From assembly GCA_000165425.1 (NCBI GenBank), contig CT868653.1, positions 1 through 64,000 of the forward strand: a DNA stretch of 64,000 bases, given 5' to 3'. This DNA comes from Paramecium tetraurelia. Lineage: Eukaryota. The position numbers were made by a program, and so were the translations under genes. The notes beneath the pieces were generated by a model, which saw nothing but the letters and a program-made list of their open reading frames with translations, ran no database searches and had not been told where the DNA came from. Of the stretch, positions 26,128-39,531 are shown in pieces. The first letter of the stretch is position 1. The number at the start of each line of letters is the position of its first letter.

Positions 26128-26293
26128 TGATTAAATTATTAAATTAATTTATAATGTTATTGTCATTCTTTCTGAATAAAGTAATACTATTATAATTTTA
26201 TATTAAGAAATCTAATATGTTTAATTAAGTGACACGAATATAGTGTTTTCTTGATTGAATTCAAAATAAGAAACTAATTTTATTAAATTAATA

Positions 26294-27052
<759 letters not shown>

Positions 27053-27095
27053 TATATGAATATAAATATTTACATAGACATATATATAAAATAAC

Positions 27096-27710
27096 TCAGA
27101 GCTTCTTAGACTTTGTTATTAACCAATCGACCACTTACGTTATATTGTTTCCAGTCAAAGCACTGCACATTGCAACTGCCCAAGCATTAGATGTTATGTA
27201 ATCCAAATTTAGACCTTTTAATCTAATTGATAACTGTACCTTCTATCATTTACTTTTCATTCAAATGTGGATTTACATCTATTTTATTTCCAATCACTAA
27301 TAGTGGAATATTACGCAAAGATTTATTATCTAATAAATTGTGCAATTCCTTCTTTGATGTTCCCAGAGTGGCTTGCTTTATTTTTAATTTATTATGTTTA
27401 CATTTGAAGTATCAACAAGAAATATTATTGCATCACAACCTTGAGCATAATTACCCCACTCTGGTCTATATTAAACTTGTCCTCCAATATCCCAAATCTT
27501 TTAATCGATGTGTATTCATACTTTCATTGTCACTCCTCCTTTTTTTACAGTCCTGACATTCAATCCCACTGTAGGTACTGTGAATGAAGGATCCCCCATA
27601 GAAAGTTAATTCAACATAGTAGTTTTTCCTACATTTTCCAATCCAACCATGCATACTTCAAGTTTTGAAGTTGAAAAAAATGATTTTAGTTTCTCAATTA
27701 AATTGCCCAT
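27096..27710 (-). CDS. ARL8: ARF-like small GTPase, ARL8-like
   Basis: MVGLENVGKTT, PTVGLNVRTVKKGGVTMK, WDIGGQ, KKELHNLL, IPLLVIGNKID. Confidence 0.85.
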
Positions 27711-28180
27711 AAGAAAATATAAAAATCGAACAAATATTTCTTATTAAAAATTCAATCCTATGCTAAGTTAAAATTACTTAATTATTTCAACTTCGAGTTG
27801 CTAAAAAAATTGTGATTGCTTTAAAAATCCTTAATTTTCAGAGTTATTTTCAGTAACACTTATTTTCATAACTATTTCAAGTCAAATTAAAAGAAAAATC
27901 TATTTTAATTTAATTCTCAATTTATAAATTGATAATAGCGTTATAGTACATTAATTATTAAATTGCTTTGTTTTAGGATGAAACAATTGAAGATGATATG
28001 ACAAAACAATTAAATTAGTTTAAAATCTTAACCTTTTATATTTTTAATAGCATAATTTTTCTAGAATCAGAAATTTTTAAATTTTAGATTTAATTTTGAT
28101 TTTATTACTAAGAGAATTTAAATCCATTTTAATTGATTTAAATCAATGAATGTGTTTTATTAATTAAATTCTAGTCCTCC

Positions 28181-28837
28181 ATGAAAAAAAGCATTTTATC
28201 AAATTATGAAACCTATTCTAGCTTCAAAAGGAAATAATCTTAACCTTTGGCAACCGCAAGACAAAATTAATCCCAAACACATTTAATTTAAGCTGAATGT
28301 AAAACTCCAGAAAAAACAAGCTTCTTGAGATAAAAAACTCCATCAACCAAAACCAAAGTAAAATCTTAGAACACTGATAACAAAGAGAACGAAAACAGGA
28401 CGGTCAATAGAAATAGTTCTTCGAAGAAATCCTATAGATAAACATAGGAAAAATAAACAAGCAATTTGATGAAGTAGATTAATGAAATGTTAAATCAAAA
28501 ATCACTCTCAGTCCCTGAGATTTTATAAGAGACAAAAGAAGACAATGAAATCAATCAGTTTGAATAAACATAATTCTAAAGAGCATTTGCTTAGAATAAA
28601 GTCATTAAGATATAAGATTTGTTTAGTTAAAATTAAATTACAATAAAAGAATTAGAAAAAAATTGGTAAGCGCAATTGAGTCAAGAGTCTGAATTAATCA
28701 AATCACTATAACATCATGAAAGCATTTAGTAAATTAGAAGTGATTCTAAAGAGAACCTATTAAATTCTTTGATTCCCTTGGAAAATTCGACAGTCCATTA
28801 ACCATTAATATATGTTATTGATTTAGCATTATTATGA
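28181..28837 (+). CDS. Hypothetical low-complexity protein (218 aa)
   Basis: Intronless ORF under code 6, K/Q/S-rich. Confidence 0.6.
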
Positions 28838-28863
28838 AAAATGTTTAATTTAGTAATTATTGA

Positions 28864-30616
28864 TCATTAGATTTTCTTTAATTTTTTCTCTTTCTTTACA
28901 GCTTTTTACATTTCCTTTTAAATTATAAGTTTATATTTAAAATTTGTCACTTCCAATTAATGTAATTAAGCCTAATATAATTGAGATTGTTTATAATTAG
29001 GCATTAATTTATCATTTAAATGAGTCATGTTTTCTACTATTTTTTCCATGTTTTGTATCTCTTTTTTAATTATTTCCATATAGTCTGACAGATACAATGC
29101 TTTTTCTTCAATAATGTTTCTTTAGAAATGCAAAGAATCAATCAGTTCAATTAAATTTGCAAAATCTTTGTTTAGCTCTTTTTCATGTACACTTACTACT
29201 TTCTCTAAAGTATCTGTAAGGAAGGTCTTATATGTTTTATTAAAAAACATAATGAGTTAGTCGTAGTTATGTTTCGCAAGATACTCTGTAAAGATGCTAA
29301 ATAATCTAGAATTTCTGGTTTTATTACTTGATAAAAATTTCTGAAATTTCACTTTAGATGTTTTGTGTGGTCAAAAGTGTTTAATCGAATATTTTACTGT
29401 AATACACATCTTTCAAATAGTCTGTGATCTTTTTGGATTGAAAACACTCAATAATTTCTTTATTAAAAATAATGTATTCATTTTCGAATTGATCGATTTT
29501 GGTTAAGAATTACGAGTATTTCAACTTGAAATAAGAGAGTTCTTTAAACATATGCATATCTTCAAAAACATTTTCCTATATCTTCATCCTTTCTTGAAAT
29601 AGCAATTGATAAATTTCAATAGAAGGTAAAATAGGTATAATTGATTTTTAGATGTTGTCCTCATATTGTGTCTAGAACTCTCCAAGTTAATCATCAATGA
29701 TTTATTCAAAAACCTTATTGTAAATCACATCCTTAATGACATCATTAATTTTTTAGTAATTTGACACAAATTCTGCCAAAACTTCTGCCAATTTAAAGAA
29801 GCATCTACAATTTAGATTAAATCCTCTCCATTTTTTCAGAGGAATAAGGCGAGAACTAAATAAACTAATATCTTATTTACTTGACTTGCTTGTAATCATA
29901 ATATTACCATTGAAGATCTATCAAATTTGAGGGGAATTTTTTAGAGTATGATACAAAATCACAAATTGTTTTCAATTCGTTGATCTATTGAATATCTAAT
30001 TCATCTTATTCTATCTCTACTATGTTGAGAGATTAAAGTCTTGAACCAACTTATTTGAATAGTGTAAGGAAAGTATTAAATTATTGGATAGTTTGACAAG
30101 TAATGAACAATTCATCAGCTAATAATATGGAATAATTAATTAGTTTAATATTTTATTAATTGATATCACCAGTTATATAGCATTCGAGTAGTAGTACATC
30201 AGAATTATAAGTTTAGGCAATATCTTTAGAGATCCATACTCCTAATAAATCTTCTGATTAATCTAACTTGATATTTAGGAAAATAGAAATTTAACTTTGA
30301 TTGTTAATTTCGTTTGCCTAAAAATATTTTCCAAAAGCATTACTAAAATGGTTTTGTTTTTCATTTCAAAATGTTCATTACATAATTAAATATAGTCCCC
30401 ATTCATACATCTATATTAAATCTGTTAGGAAATAATAGTATTGTGACTGAAAGGAGCATTTTGATTATCGATTTCCTCAAAATATTTAGGTCTGTCCTTC
30501 TAGTTGATTTAACTGGTGTTTGTAGCTTATCCTGTATAGGATGAGAAATCAGACTCAATTGAATCTTTCCTACGTGATCTAGTTGGGGTTAATTAATATA
30601 AATATCTATTCCTCAT
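28864..30616 (-). CDS. Guanylate-binding-protein (GBP/atlastin)-like protein with degenerate GTPase motifs
   Basis: LLGVWIS..DVLLLECYITGD..LINYSILLADELFIT parallels GBP TKGIW..LLDTEG..LAVLLSS; PLKKWRGFNLN..KLAEVLAEFV; long helical C-terminus. Confidence 0.55.
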
Positions 30617-30628
30617 TTATAATATTAA

Positions 30629-32630
30629 TCACATTTAGGCATTAGGATGATGAACCCAGGGTAACAAAGTTCCAAAAACAGCTTACAATAATCCTTGATT
30701 TGCATTAAGAGGATTGAAATTGGCTGGAAGTTATTGTTGAGGCTGCTATTATTAGGCACCAATATTCTCTGCAAAAATATTATTGAAATCAAGTCTATTT
30801 TTATTTATTTTTTTGTTACCTTTCTGGATTCTCTAAAAAATGACTTTTCGATAATTCCTTATATCTTCTGTATTGGAAAGGAAGTTCATTATAAATTGGC
30901 GCTCCTTCTTTGACAACAGTCAGATCTTCATAAAAAGATCCAAGGTCTAATTTTTGGCTTTTAATGTGATTCACAATCAATCCCAAAGCACTAAAGATAT
31001 ATCTATTATAAATTACCCTTTTATCCATTTAAGAATTTCATTTGTCTTCCATTAGGATTTACTTTTTTCAACAAAGATGCTTATTGATTTTAAGAATCCT
31101 TCATTATCATCTTCAGCATCAATTTACAAGAACCAATGTAGATAAGTTTCTCTTTGTAGAAATTCTTCGGTCAATAATTCTTTAAATGGTTTCCTTTAAT
31201 TATCAACAAAGCTCTCTAGGTTTCCAACATTTTGTTTGACAAATTCATTTGCTTCTGCTAATTGCTTGATGATAATTGGATATAAAAGAATAGCTTAAAT
31301 TATGAGAACTTAATGGGACGCTTGTAAAGGATGAGGACCGAAATTGTTAATAGCTTCGGTTATATTTTGATCATTAAAAGAGTAATGATGGTTTTCCCCT
31401 TTTTCTAAGAATTTAGCTAATGCACAATTGTATAGAAGATTAGGCATAAAAACAATAGAAGATCTATTGCTTTTGTAGACACTTCTCGCAAAATTGGAAG
31501 TAAAATTGATTAAAAATTCATAGTTTTAAGCCTTGAGTGCATTACAATCTACAAGAAATAGTGCACCACATGGATCTCTTGTTGGACAAAATTTCAATAG
31601 AATTTTTGAAAACCTGAATATAATTATATATAGAATACTCTAAAGCTGCTTTATAACACCCTTTCCTTGTTAAGACATCTGTAAATTTGAATAAGGACAT
31701 TAAAAATACTTTGCTATGAGCATTTTCTTCAACCTCAAGGTTGATTGAAGCATCCTCAAAGAATTTATTGAATCCATAACCTAGACTGCATTCATAGATG
31801 TAAAGCAATCTCTCTAGAAGTTCATTGGCTTATTTATAATCTCCCTTTAATCTAAAGTATTCACTCACATCAAATTAGGCTTCACAATGATAGGGATTCA
31901 TCTATAAGAAATTGAAAATAGCTTATGGATCATAATAACCCTTAACAATTGTGTAATCTTATTAAAGTCTTTCATATTATTAAGATGCAACAAAACTGAA
32001 TAATTACAAACCTTATTCATTTAAATTTCCGAATTTTACATTAAATTTATCAGGTAATGGAATATTAATTTCTGGATTGTAGGTAAGATAAGATTATTTG
32101 GCATTTTTATGTCCTTTCTTTTATTAGCCACCTGCAATTTTAGCATTTTTGAAGTGTTACTGCAATTCTTTATTGTAATTTAATTTTTTGATATTAATAG
32201 CTAAAGGACCATTTTCCTATGATTCTTGGAATTATATCATTTATGATTATTATTGCTGTTGTTGTGTTTATTCTGCTTAGACCTTATCGAGGAATTCAAA
32301 ATCATCATCTTAATTTTGTTCTGGTTTTTGACTAGTTTCTTATTATTATTTTTTTTCCTTCTTCTTTTTATTTTTATTCTTCTTTTTCTTCTGATTGTTG
32401 TTGTTTTGATCATTTTATGGTTAGGTGGTTTGATCTGATTATTGAGTTTGAGTTTCTTCATTTTTTTATTCTGATTGCTATTCATCTTCCGAATCTGACA
32501 TTTCCATCATTTAAAAGACTTATTTTTATTTTTTCTATTGCTCTACTTGATGAACTTGCTTTACTAATTGTTCATCCACAACTTCCTTAGGTTCATTTTG
32601 CTCCATAAGTTTTTTCATCTATCTCCTCAT
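30629..32630 (-). CDS. TCF25: TCF25/Rqc1 ribosome quality-control factor
   Basis: NPYHCEA, ANELLERLLYIYE, RKGCYKAALE, DPCGALFLVD, FMPNLLYNCALAKF, C-terminal TLLPW; Q/K-rich N-terminus. Confidence 0.9.
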
Positions 32631-32672
32631 GTTTATTCTTTAATAATTATGTATTAAAATAATAAATATAAT

Positions 32673-33444
32673 TCAATCATCTACAGCGTAAATTAGTCTG
32701 AAAAAGTAAAATTTGAAACATAGAATCAAAGCTAAGTTGAATGATATTATTGGAACAGCTATTAAAGTTGTTTGCTTGTTCTTTTTCATGAAACTATGAA
32801 TAGTATTGTATATTAAAATTACTCCCATAAATTCACCAGCAGAAATATGGTGCTGTTCGCGAGTCCACACATCAAAAAGAACCATTAGGCTTCATTGTAG
32901 GGGATTATGCACAAAACCAGGACAAACATATAAACACTCAATGAATAGCCGTACATACAGACTATTTCAAAGACTCCCAATTCACTTTTTAGGATATATT
33001 TCATTATCACTCCTAATATTATAGGTATTATAAATGCCATAGCATACACTATAAGCACAGCCACATACATATAATTATATTCGTATTTAAAATGTCTCTT
33101 ATCCTCTTCCAATAAGAAGCGAGATAGATTTCCTCCGGCAAATAAGATGAAGATAATTGTGGTTGAAATCCATAAAGGTCCCCATAAATCAGGGTTTTTT
33201 CCAACGCATTAATAGAACTCAGGTTTCCAAGATAACAGAGAACAACGAATTCTCATGTATACATCTCTTTATTCAATATCAAAGAACTGCTAATAGTATT
33301 CAACTGTGCAGATGGGACAGGTAGAAGGTTTTGGTTTGGGTTCAAATTTCACTTTGATCTTAGGTTAATCAGTCATGACATGTCCTTTCTCGTCCAAGTC
33401 ATTCTAGTTTAGATAAGTAATACATTAGATCCAAAGTTTTGCAT
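32673..33444 (-). CDS. YIPF1: Yip1-domain Golgi protein (YIPF1/2-like)
   Basis: YYQQFFDI, NPDLWGPLWISTTIIF, IVCMYGYSLSVY, LCFKFYFF. Confidence 0.9.
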
Positions 33445-33468
33445 TATTAATTTAAAATATATATATAT

Positions 33469-34841
33469 ATGCTTTTCTTGGTTTCATTAATTGGAATTGT
33501 ATATTCGACATAATTAACACTTGTGGAACCTTCTTTAACAATCCCATCTACAAAGAATGCTTCAATGCCAGTCAATGTGGCTGATTTTGGATATGTTCCA
33601 TATGGGAGAACAGTGGGTGGAAATTTAACATACGTTGAAAATACTTGCAATCCACTCAACATAACTTTGAATTCAAATATTGTACTGACGATGGGAGCAA
33701 CTTGCAAATTTTTAGCTTAAGCCATGAATGTCCAATCAGCAGGGGGGAAGATGCTTGTCATCATCTACAATCACGAGGAAGACATTAGTAACTTTTTATT
33801 AATTGCTGAATATGGATCATAATAATCATTTATACCAACCATGATGATTAACAAAGCTGATGGAGAATTTTTAATAGAAAAATTGGAATCCATGACTATT
33901 TATGCTTAAGTCTCTTTTGAGTTGAAACAATAAGAGATTGTAGATCTATAATACTTTTTATCATCTTTTGATGTATTATCATATTTGTTTTTGGATGAGT
34001 TCCTCCCTTTTGCCAAATAGATGATAAATAAAATAACATTTGATCCAATCTACATCTAATTTTATTGTAAAGAATGCGAAAAGACTGGCTATAAGGCCAC
34101 CAATCAAAATTGTATAAGTGGTGGTAGATATTGCGGATAAGATCCAGATTAAAATGGTCCCTTGACTGGTAGAGATGTTATTTTAGAAGATCTAAGATAA
34201 ATATGTATTCTATAGAAATATGATCTCATCACATGGTGGAATTACATGATACTGTTCAATGAGTTGTGCTTCAATAATTATCAAGAATGTCCATCCAAAA
34301 TAATGAAGTCCATTTCCATCAATGAAACCATAGTAAATGATTGTATGACATCTTCATTCGTTGGAAAAAACACATTATTAGATGACAATACTATCTTGAA
34401 AGAGTAAAGATATAAGATCATGAGAAATCATTAAGTCTATTGGCCCTCCTTATATATTAATGGCGAATTTTATAAGGGAGATTTATATTTAAATAATGCT
34501 GATGAAAGTACTGTCTTCGATGTTGATGACTTTGCAGTTTTGGAAGCTATTTGCGATGGATTTTTGGATGATTCTAGACCTACTCTTTGTAATGCAACAG
34601 GATTCTTTTCCATAAAGGATGGAGAACTCTAAGATTGTAAATATAATTAATTTATCTTTTAGAAACAAGTTCCTTGATAATTATTCTGATTTGGGTAGGA
34701 ATTTCTATGCTTGTATTATTTTTGTTGCTGATCTCCTTCCTTTTTATACGTAGGATGATGTTAAAAAAGGTTAGGGATGATGTAGGTTCTTAAGTGGATA
34801 ACTATCTAAAAAATTATTATAAGATGCCAGAAGCTTAATGA
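33469..34841 (+). CDS. Vacuolar sorting receptor (VSR/BP-80-like; PA domain, TM, cytosolic tail)
   Basis: Signal peptide; ADFGYVPYG; NCISGGRYCGQDPD; GRDVILEDLRQICI; WWNYM; PSLYINGEFYKG; LEAICDGF; TM; tail YYKM. Confidence 0.9.
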
Positions 34842-35093
34842 ATTATTTTATTAATAAAATATCATAATTAATTAATTCTTATCACTTTATTATTGAGAAT
34901 TATTAAAAAATTAAATCTCCTCTCAATTAATTCAACATTATTATAATTTCTTAGTTCAATATGCTTAAATTGAATTGCAATATTTCCGAAAAGCAAGAGA
35001 AAATACTTTTAATAGATTTGTAAAAATAGAGTTCAAATTTCGAATGAATATTTTAGTTTATTTATTTGAATATTATAATATAGACCTTTAGTA

Positions 35094-36228
35094 TCAAAAT
35101 TTGATATCAACAATCGACTTAGGTTTTTATGTATCACATGTTTTTATCCAATTTGAAATCAATATTACAGATGTTTCAGAGTCACATAAATCCTCGTCTC
35201 TCTATACTTAATCTTGTTTCTAAGGGTTTGAAAACATTGAAATGATTCTATCTGAATTTTAAATTTAGTTTGATTCTTTGAACGAGTTACTATGTGTAAT
35301 TGATGCTGTATACTGCAATGTAGGAGAACATTTTTCTAAATTTAAAATTTCCTTAAATAATGATTTCAAGTAATCATAATTAGGCATTTGAGTCTCAGGT
35401 AATCCATCAATATAATTCTTAAATGCTGTAAATTGAGATGGAAATCTTTGCATTAGATTCATAGAGTTAAATACAGCTTCCTTAATTTCCCCGATTTTTC
35501 GAATTTCTAACTGTTAGGATTAATATTGTTAGACCGTCTGCCATGGAAGCGTCTCTAAATATTCGAAATAATAACTTACTGTTCCTTAGGTACACTAATA
35601 CATATAGGAGACTTTCCAAATCATCTTTATAATGCAACTAATTTCCTTTGTGAGCCTATCTACTTGCATATCTTAGTGAACCCACAAAAACCTTATTTTA
35701 AGAAATCGATTATCCAGCCTTCTGTGACAATCCAAAATCTATTAAATGAACAAATCCAGGTTTGGCAATTTCCTCTATTGGGACATTTATGTGAGAGGAT
35801 GTAATCATGATATTTTCTGGTTTTATATCGAGGTGCAGAATATGTTTTTTATGAACTTATTCCAAAACCCTTAAAATACTTAATCCAATGGTTAGTATCT
35901 ATGGAATTGTCATCGAGTTGTCTTTTAGTATTTCTTAAAGGTTTCTTTTCAAGATGGGTGTGATCAAGTAGCTTCTAAGATAAATAAGTGAACAAAAATA
36001 CCGAGAATCTTTGGTTTTACCAGAATCAATCAATTAAGGGACACCATCTAGGCCCTTGAGCTGTTTTAGCCTTGAGATTTCTGTTTCAATTTGACCTAAT
36101 TAAGGACCTTTTTCAATTTTCATAGCTAAAATTTGAGAAGTTGAGTTGTGTTAAACTTTCATGACTTAATGACCAGAGCCAGAACCTAAATTAGAGAGCA
36201 CACGATATTCTGAGGATGAAAAATTCAT
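35094..36228 (-). CDS. Casein kinase 1-like kinase
   Basis: LGSGSG, LAMKIE, LHLDIKPENI, LIDFGLS, FVGSLRYAS, YKDDLESLLYV, LPW. Confidence 0.88.
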
Positions 36229-36434
36229 TTACTATAATTAAATAATCAAAACCAAACTCCAATTGAGTTTATCTATTTGTTATAGCATATTAATCCTTTA
36301 AATTAACACAGATAATCGTTTAAATAAATTCATCACAGAATGCACCAAACAGTCATTTATGATAGATTTTATATTGTAAAAATTTCATAGCAATTTATAA
36401 AAGTTTTTAAAAAGATTCAAATCTAATCAAAAAT

Positions 36435-37630
36435 TCATTAAAATGAAATGAGACTTCTTCCCACCTAAACTTCCATTCCTCTCTAGATCTACAACCTTTC
36501 AGATCTTATTAAATGCAAGGTTCCAAATTTTGAGTGATTATCAAATAAATACACTTTCTTTTCTTGTACCATCAACCTGGCATGGTTTCGACTGACAGAG
36601 ATATCATTTACCCTGATATCTGTATCAGTTGATCTTCCAAGCTTTAATTCTTGCACATTCGAAAACTTTAAGATGTAAATACCAGAACTGTTATTCCACT
36701 CCAACTACTGTCCCTAGAATTAGTTATGTGAAGAATTTACTTATTTGTTTGTGAATTCCATCATCAAATAAGGGTAATCATTTGGTTTACTTAATTCGAC
36801 TAGATCATAATATGCATCATCACTCTTAAACTTTGGAGGATAATTAAATTTGCATAATTCACATTCCAAATTCTTCCACAAATACACAATGCAATTGTCA
36901 CTTTGTCTATTTTCTAATTTCATTCTTAACCAAGTTTTTAGGCATTCCAAGTGTATGTACTTGATTGATCCACTACATTTGCAAGGATTCAAAAGTGGGT
37001 TTTTAATGCTCTTTTGAGAGGAACAACAAATTCTGCACATAATTTATTCTGATGAATTAGACTGTGACGATTCATATTCAGATTTCTACTCCTATGGTTT
37101 AATTTGTAATGCTATCTGACGAATAGTGAATTTCACTCTCCCCAATTTTATAACATCTCCTTCTTGTAAAAGTACTCCACTTTCATGAATCACTTTCCAA
37201 ATCTTATTCCCAAACTTGTCAGACACAGTTCTTAGAATATATATTATTATAACTTGTTTACTATATTATGTGATTCCTCATTCTCTTAGATTGATTACTT
37301 TTTGTCATCATTTTGAAAATGTGGATTTACAATAAAATAGTTTTCATTTTTTTTCTTTATTTTACACAGTTAATCCTTAATTATAGATTCGTTCTCAATC
37401 CATTCTACTTAGTTACGCCCAACCAAATAGCCCTCGTTACCTATCTAAAGGTGTAATTTAAAGATTATTACAATAAATTTTTATTCCTATACATTAGCTG
37501 CATTCTCGTAATCAAACAATGAAAATGCATCCTTCTGCCAAGTTTTTACTAGAATAATCAATTTTGTGCAATCAACGTTATTTGCTTAACTAAGACTCTT
37601 CTAATAACATTATCCTTAACAATTTCCCAT
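36435..37630 (-). CDS. FHA + RINGv (C4HC3) + FHA protein, putative E3 ligase; MGNC N-terminus
   Basis: EGDVIKLGRVKF; CRICCS..PCKCSGSIKYIHLECLKTW..CELCK; LGRSTDTDIRVNDISVSRNHA..DNHSKFGTL. Confidence 0.92.
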
Positions 37631-38352
37631 ATTAATTTTATTAAATTTTATGATATGTTAACTAACTTAATTTAGTTCTCATTCCTAACTTTCCTTCCCA
37701 AACTTCTAAAGAATATAATAAATTCTAAATTGAAATTAATCTACAAACACTTTTTACTTAAGACAATTAAATTAATTCTTGTTTCTGGAATCATATCGAT
37801 GGTTACTCCAAATTAAATTTATATAATCTTCTTCTATTTGTATGTCGACAAGTCATGAATCAATCCCCAGCCATTTTCAAATTTAAAAATTGATAAGTAA
37901 GAATCTTATAATAACTTTCAATATATTGGCGATATCCTTAAATTCTACACTTAGATTAAGTTCTCGATCATTTCGAGAGATGTAGATCTTAGGATTAAAG
38001 ATAAAGCTTAAATTTAAATAGAAATTAAGTAATATTTAATACCAGGCTTGTATAATTAATTAATAAAAATAAATTAAATTCATTCCCAGTAATCTAATTA
38101 GTTAGTTCTATTAAATTGAAGATAAATACAGTTATAAATAATATACTATCCAATTAGGACAACTTGTAGTTCCCATTTATAAATATTTAGTAGATTTTCT
38201 AATAATTAAAAATTTTAACCACCTAACCCTAGATCCAGAAACAGAAAATAATAATGATGAGACTGTTTGATATAAAGCGTTTGATAAGTATATTGTTAAT
38301 TTATTATATTATTCTTCCTTATTATTGAAATAGCAAAACATTAAAATAAGAA

Positions 38353-38750
38353 TCATTTGTTTTCTAAAGCCTTTTTGAATTTATCTTCGATTATATCGCA
38401 AATTTATGATAAGCATTTCAATCCGTCATTCATTATTTTCTCTTTTGTTTCATTTACAGTTTATAATCGCATGTTCATCTTATTTTCACTTGGATGAGGT
38501 AAACTATAACCGCAAAATTCGACATTTGGTTAATTTGCCAAAATATAACGTAAGGAGTTTCCTAATGTATGATCTTCATCAAAAAACACAAAGGTGCCAT
38601 TGAATGGATCTGAATGTTCCTGTTTTTCATAATGGTATTGAAAAGTACTTGAATTTCCATTCCTTTAGTTGCTTAGGCAAGGATGATGGGCTTGCTCAAT
38701 TCTTCTTCCTCAATATTCACATCTTATTCTTCTGATTCGCTAGAATTCAT
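38353..38750 (-). CDS. POLR1D: RNA polymerase I/III shared subunit AC19 (RPAC2)
   Basis: [40 protein letters not shown]; one 29-nt intron. Confidence 0.93.
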
Positions 38751-38805
38751 AGATTAATTTTTATTATTAGATTAATTTTTTTTCCATTAACTCAATATAT
38801 TTATA

Positions 38806-39440
38806 ATGTCGGACGGAATATTTGTCTCTATTATGTTGCCTGCTTTTATAGTAAAACACGAGAATTAAATTGTAAATTTAACTTATATTGACAAAGGATC
38901 AACTTTTAAAACAAACACTTTGCATCTCCTCTTAATCATATGAAATATTTGAAATTCCATCAAAGTTTGGCAAAGAGTTTGGAGTTAAGTTAACACAAAA
39001 TTGTAACAGTTACTACAAAATTAATTAGCATTAAATCTTCGAGATATAGAAGAATTGATAGAGGAGAATAGACAGCTCCATGCATCATATTAAAAATGCA
39101 AAGAATCCTTGTAAACTCTAAATTGCGAATTTGAAAAAATCGTAAATGATCCCCTCATTCAATCTGAATCCGATAAAATGAAATATCAAATCAAAAAGTT
39201 GAAAAAAGTGAAAGAAGAAAACAAAAGACTTCGACAACTTTTAAAGTACAAAAAGTATAAATATTTTAGATCTTATCTTGACAATAGTGATAACAGAAGA
39301 ATGGAGACACATGCCAAAGTAGAGTTACTTAAGGATGAACTTAATTCACTAGTAAAAGTAAATTTTAGTATCGATATCATAAGGAATTTGCACAGCAAGA
39401 ACAACAAAAGAAATAAAATGATATTTTAATATCAAATTGA
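38806..39440 (+). CDS. Coiled-coil hypothetical protein
   Basis: Open with about 4 tiny introns; LKKVKEENKRLRQLLK..ETHAKVELLKDEL. Confidence 0.7.
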
Positions 39441-39531
39441 TTTACAATTGAATCTTTTCTTTTTTTGATTCATTTGAATATTATTGTCATATTTTCTCAA
39501 TTATTGTCTAATATATTTAAAAATAACAGAA

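Noticed and set aside
32237..32485. Lys-rich (-) and very hydrophobic (+) ORFs in the track
   Set aside because: Wrong-frame and antisense shadows of the Q/K/E-rich N-terminus of TCF25
38216..38232. AACCACCTAACCCTAG as a telomere-like seed
   Set aside because: Does not match tandem Paramecium CCC(A/C)AA repeats and is too short
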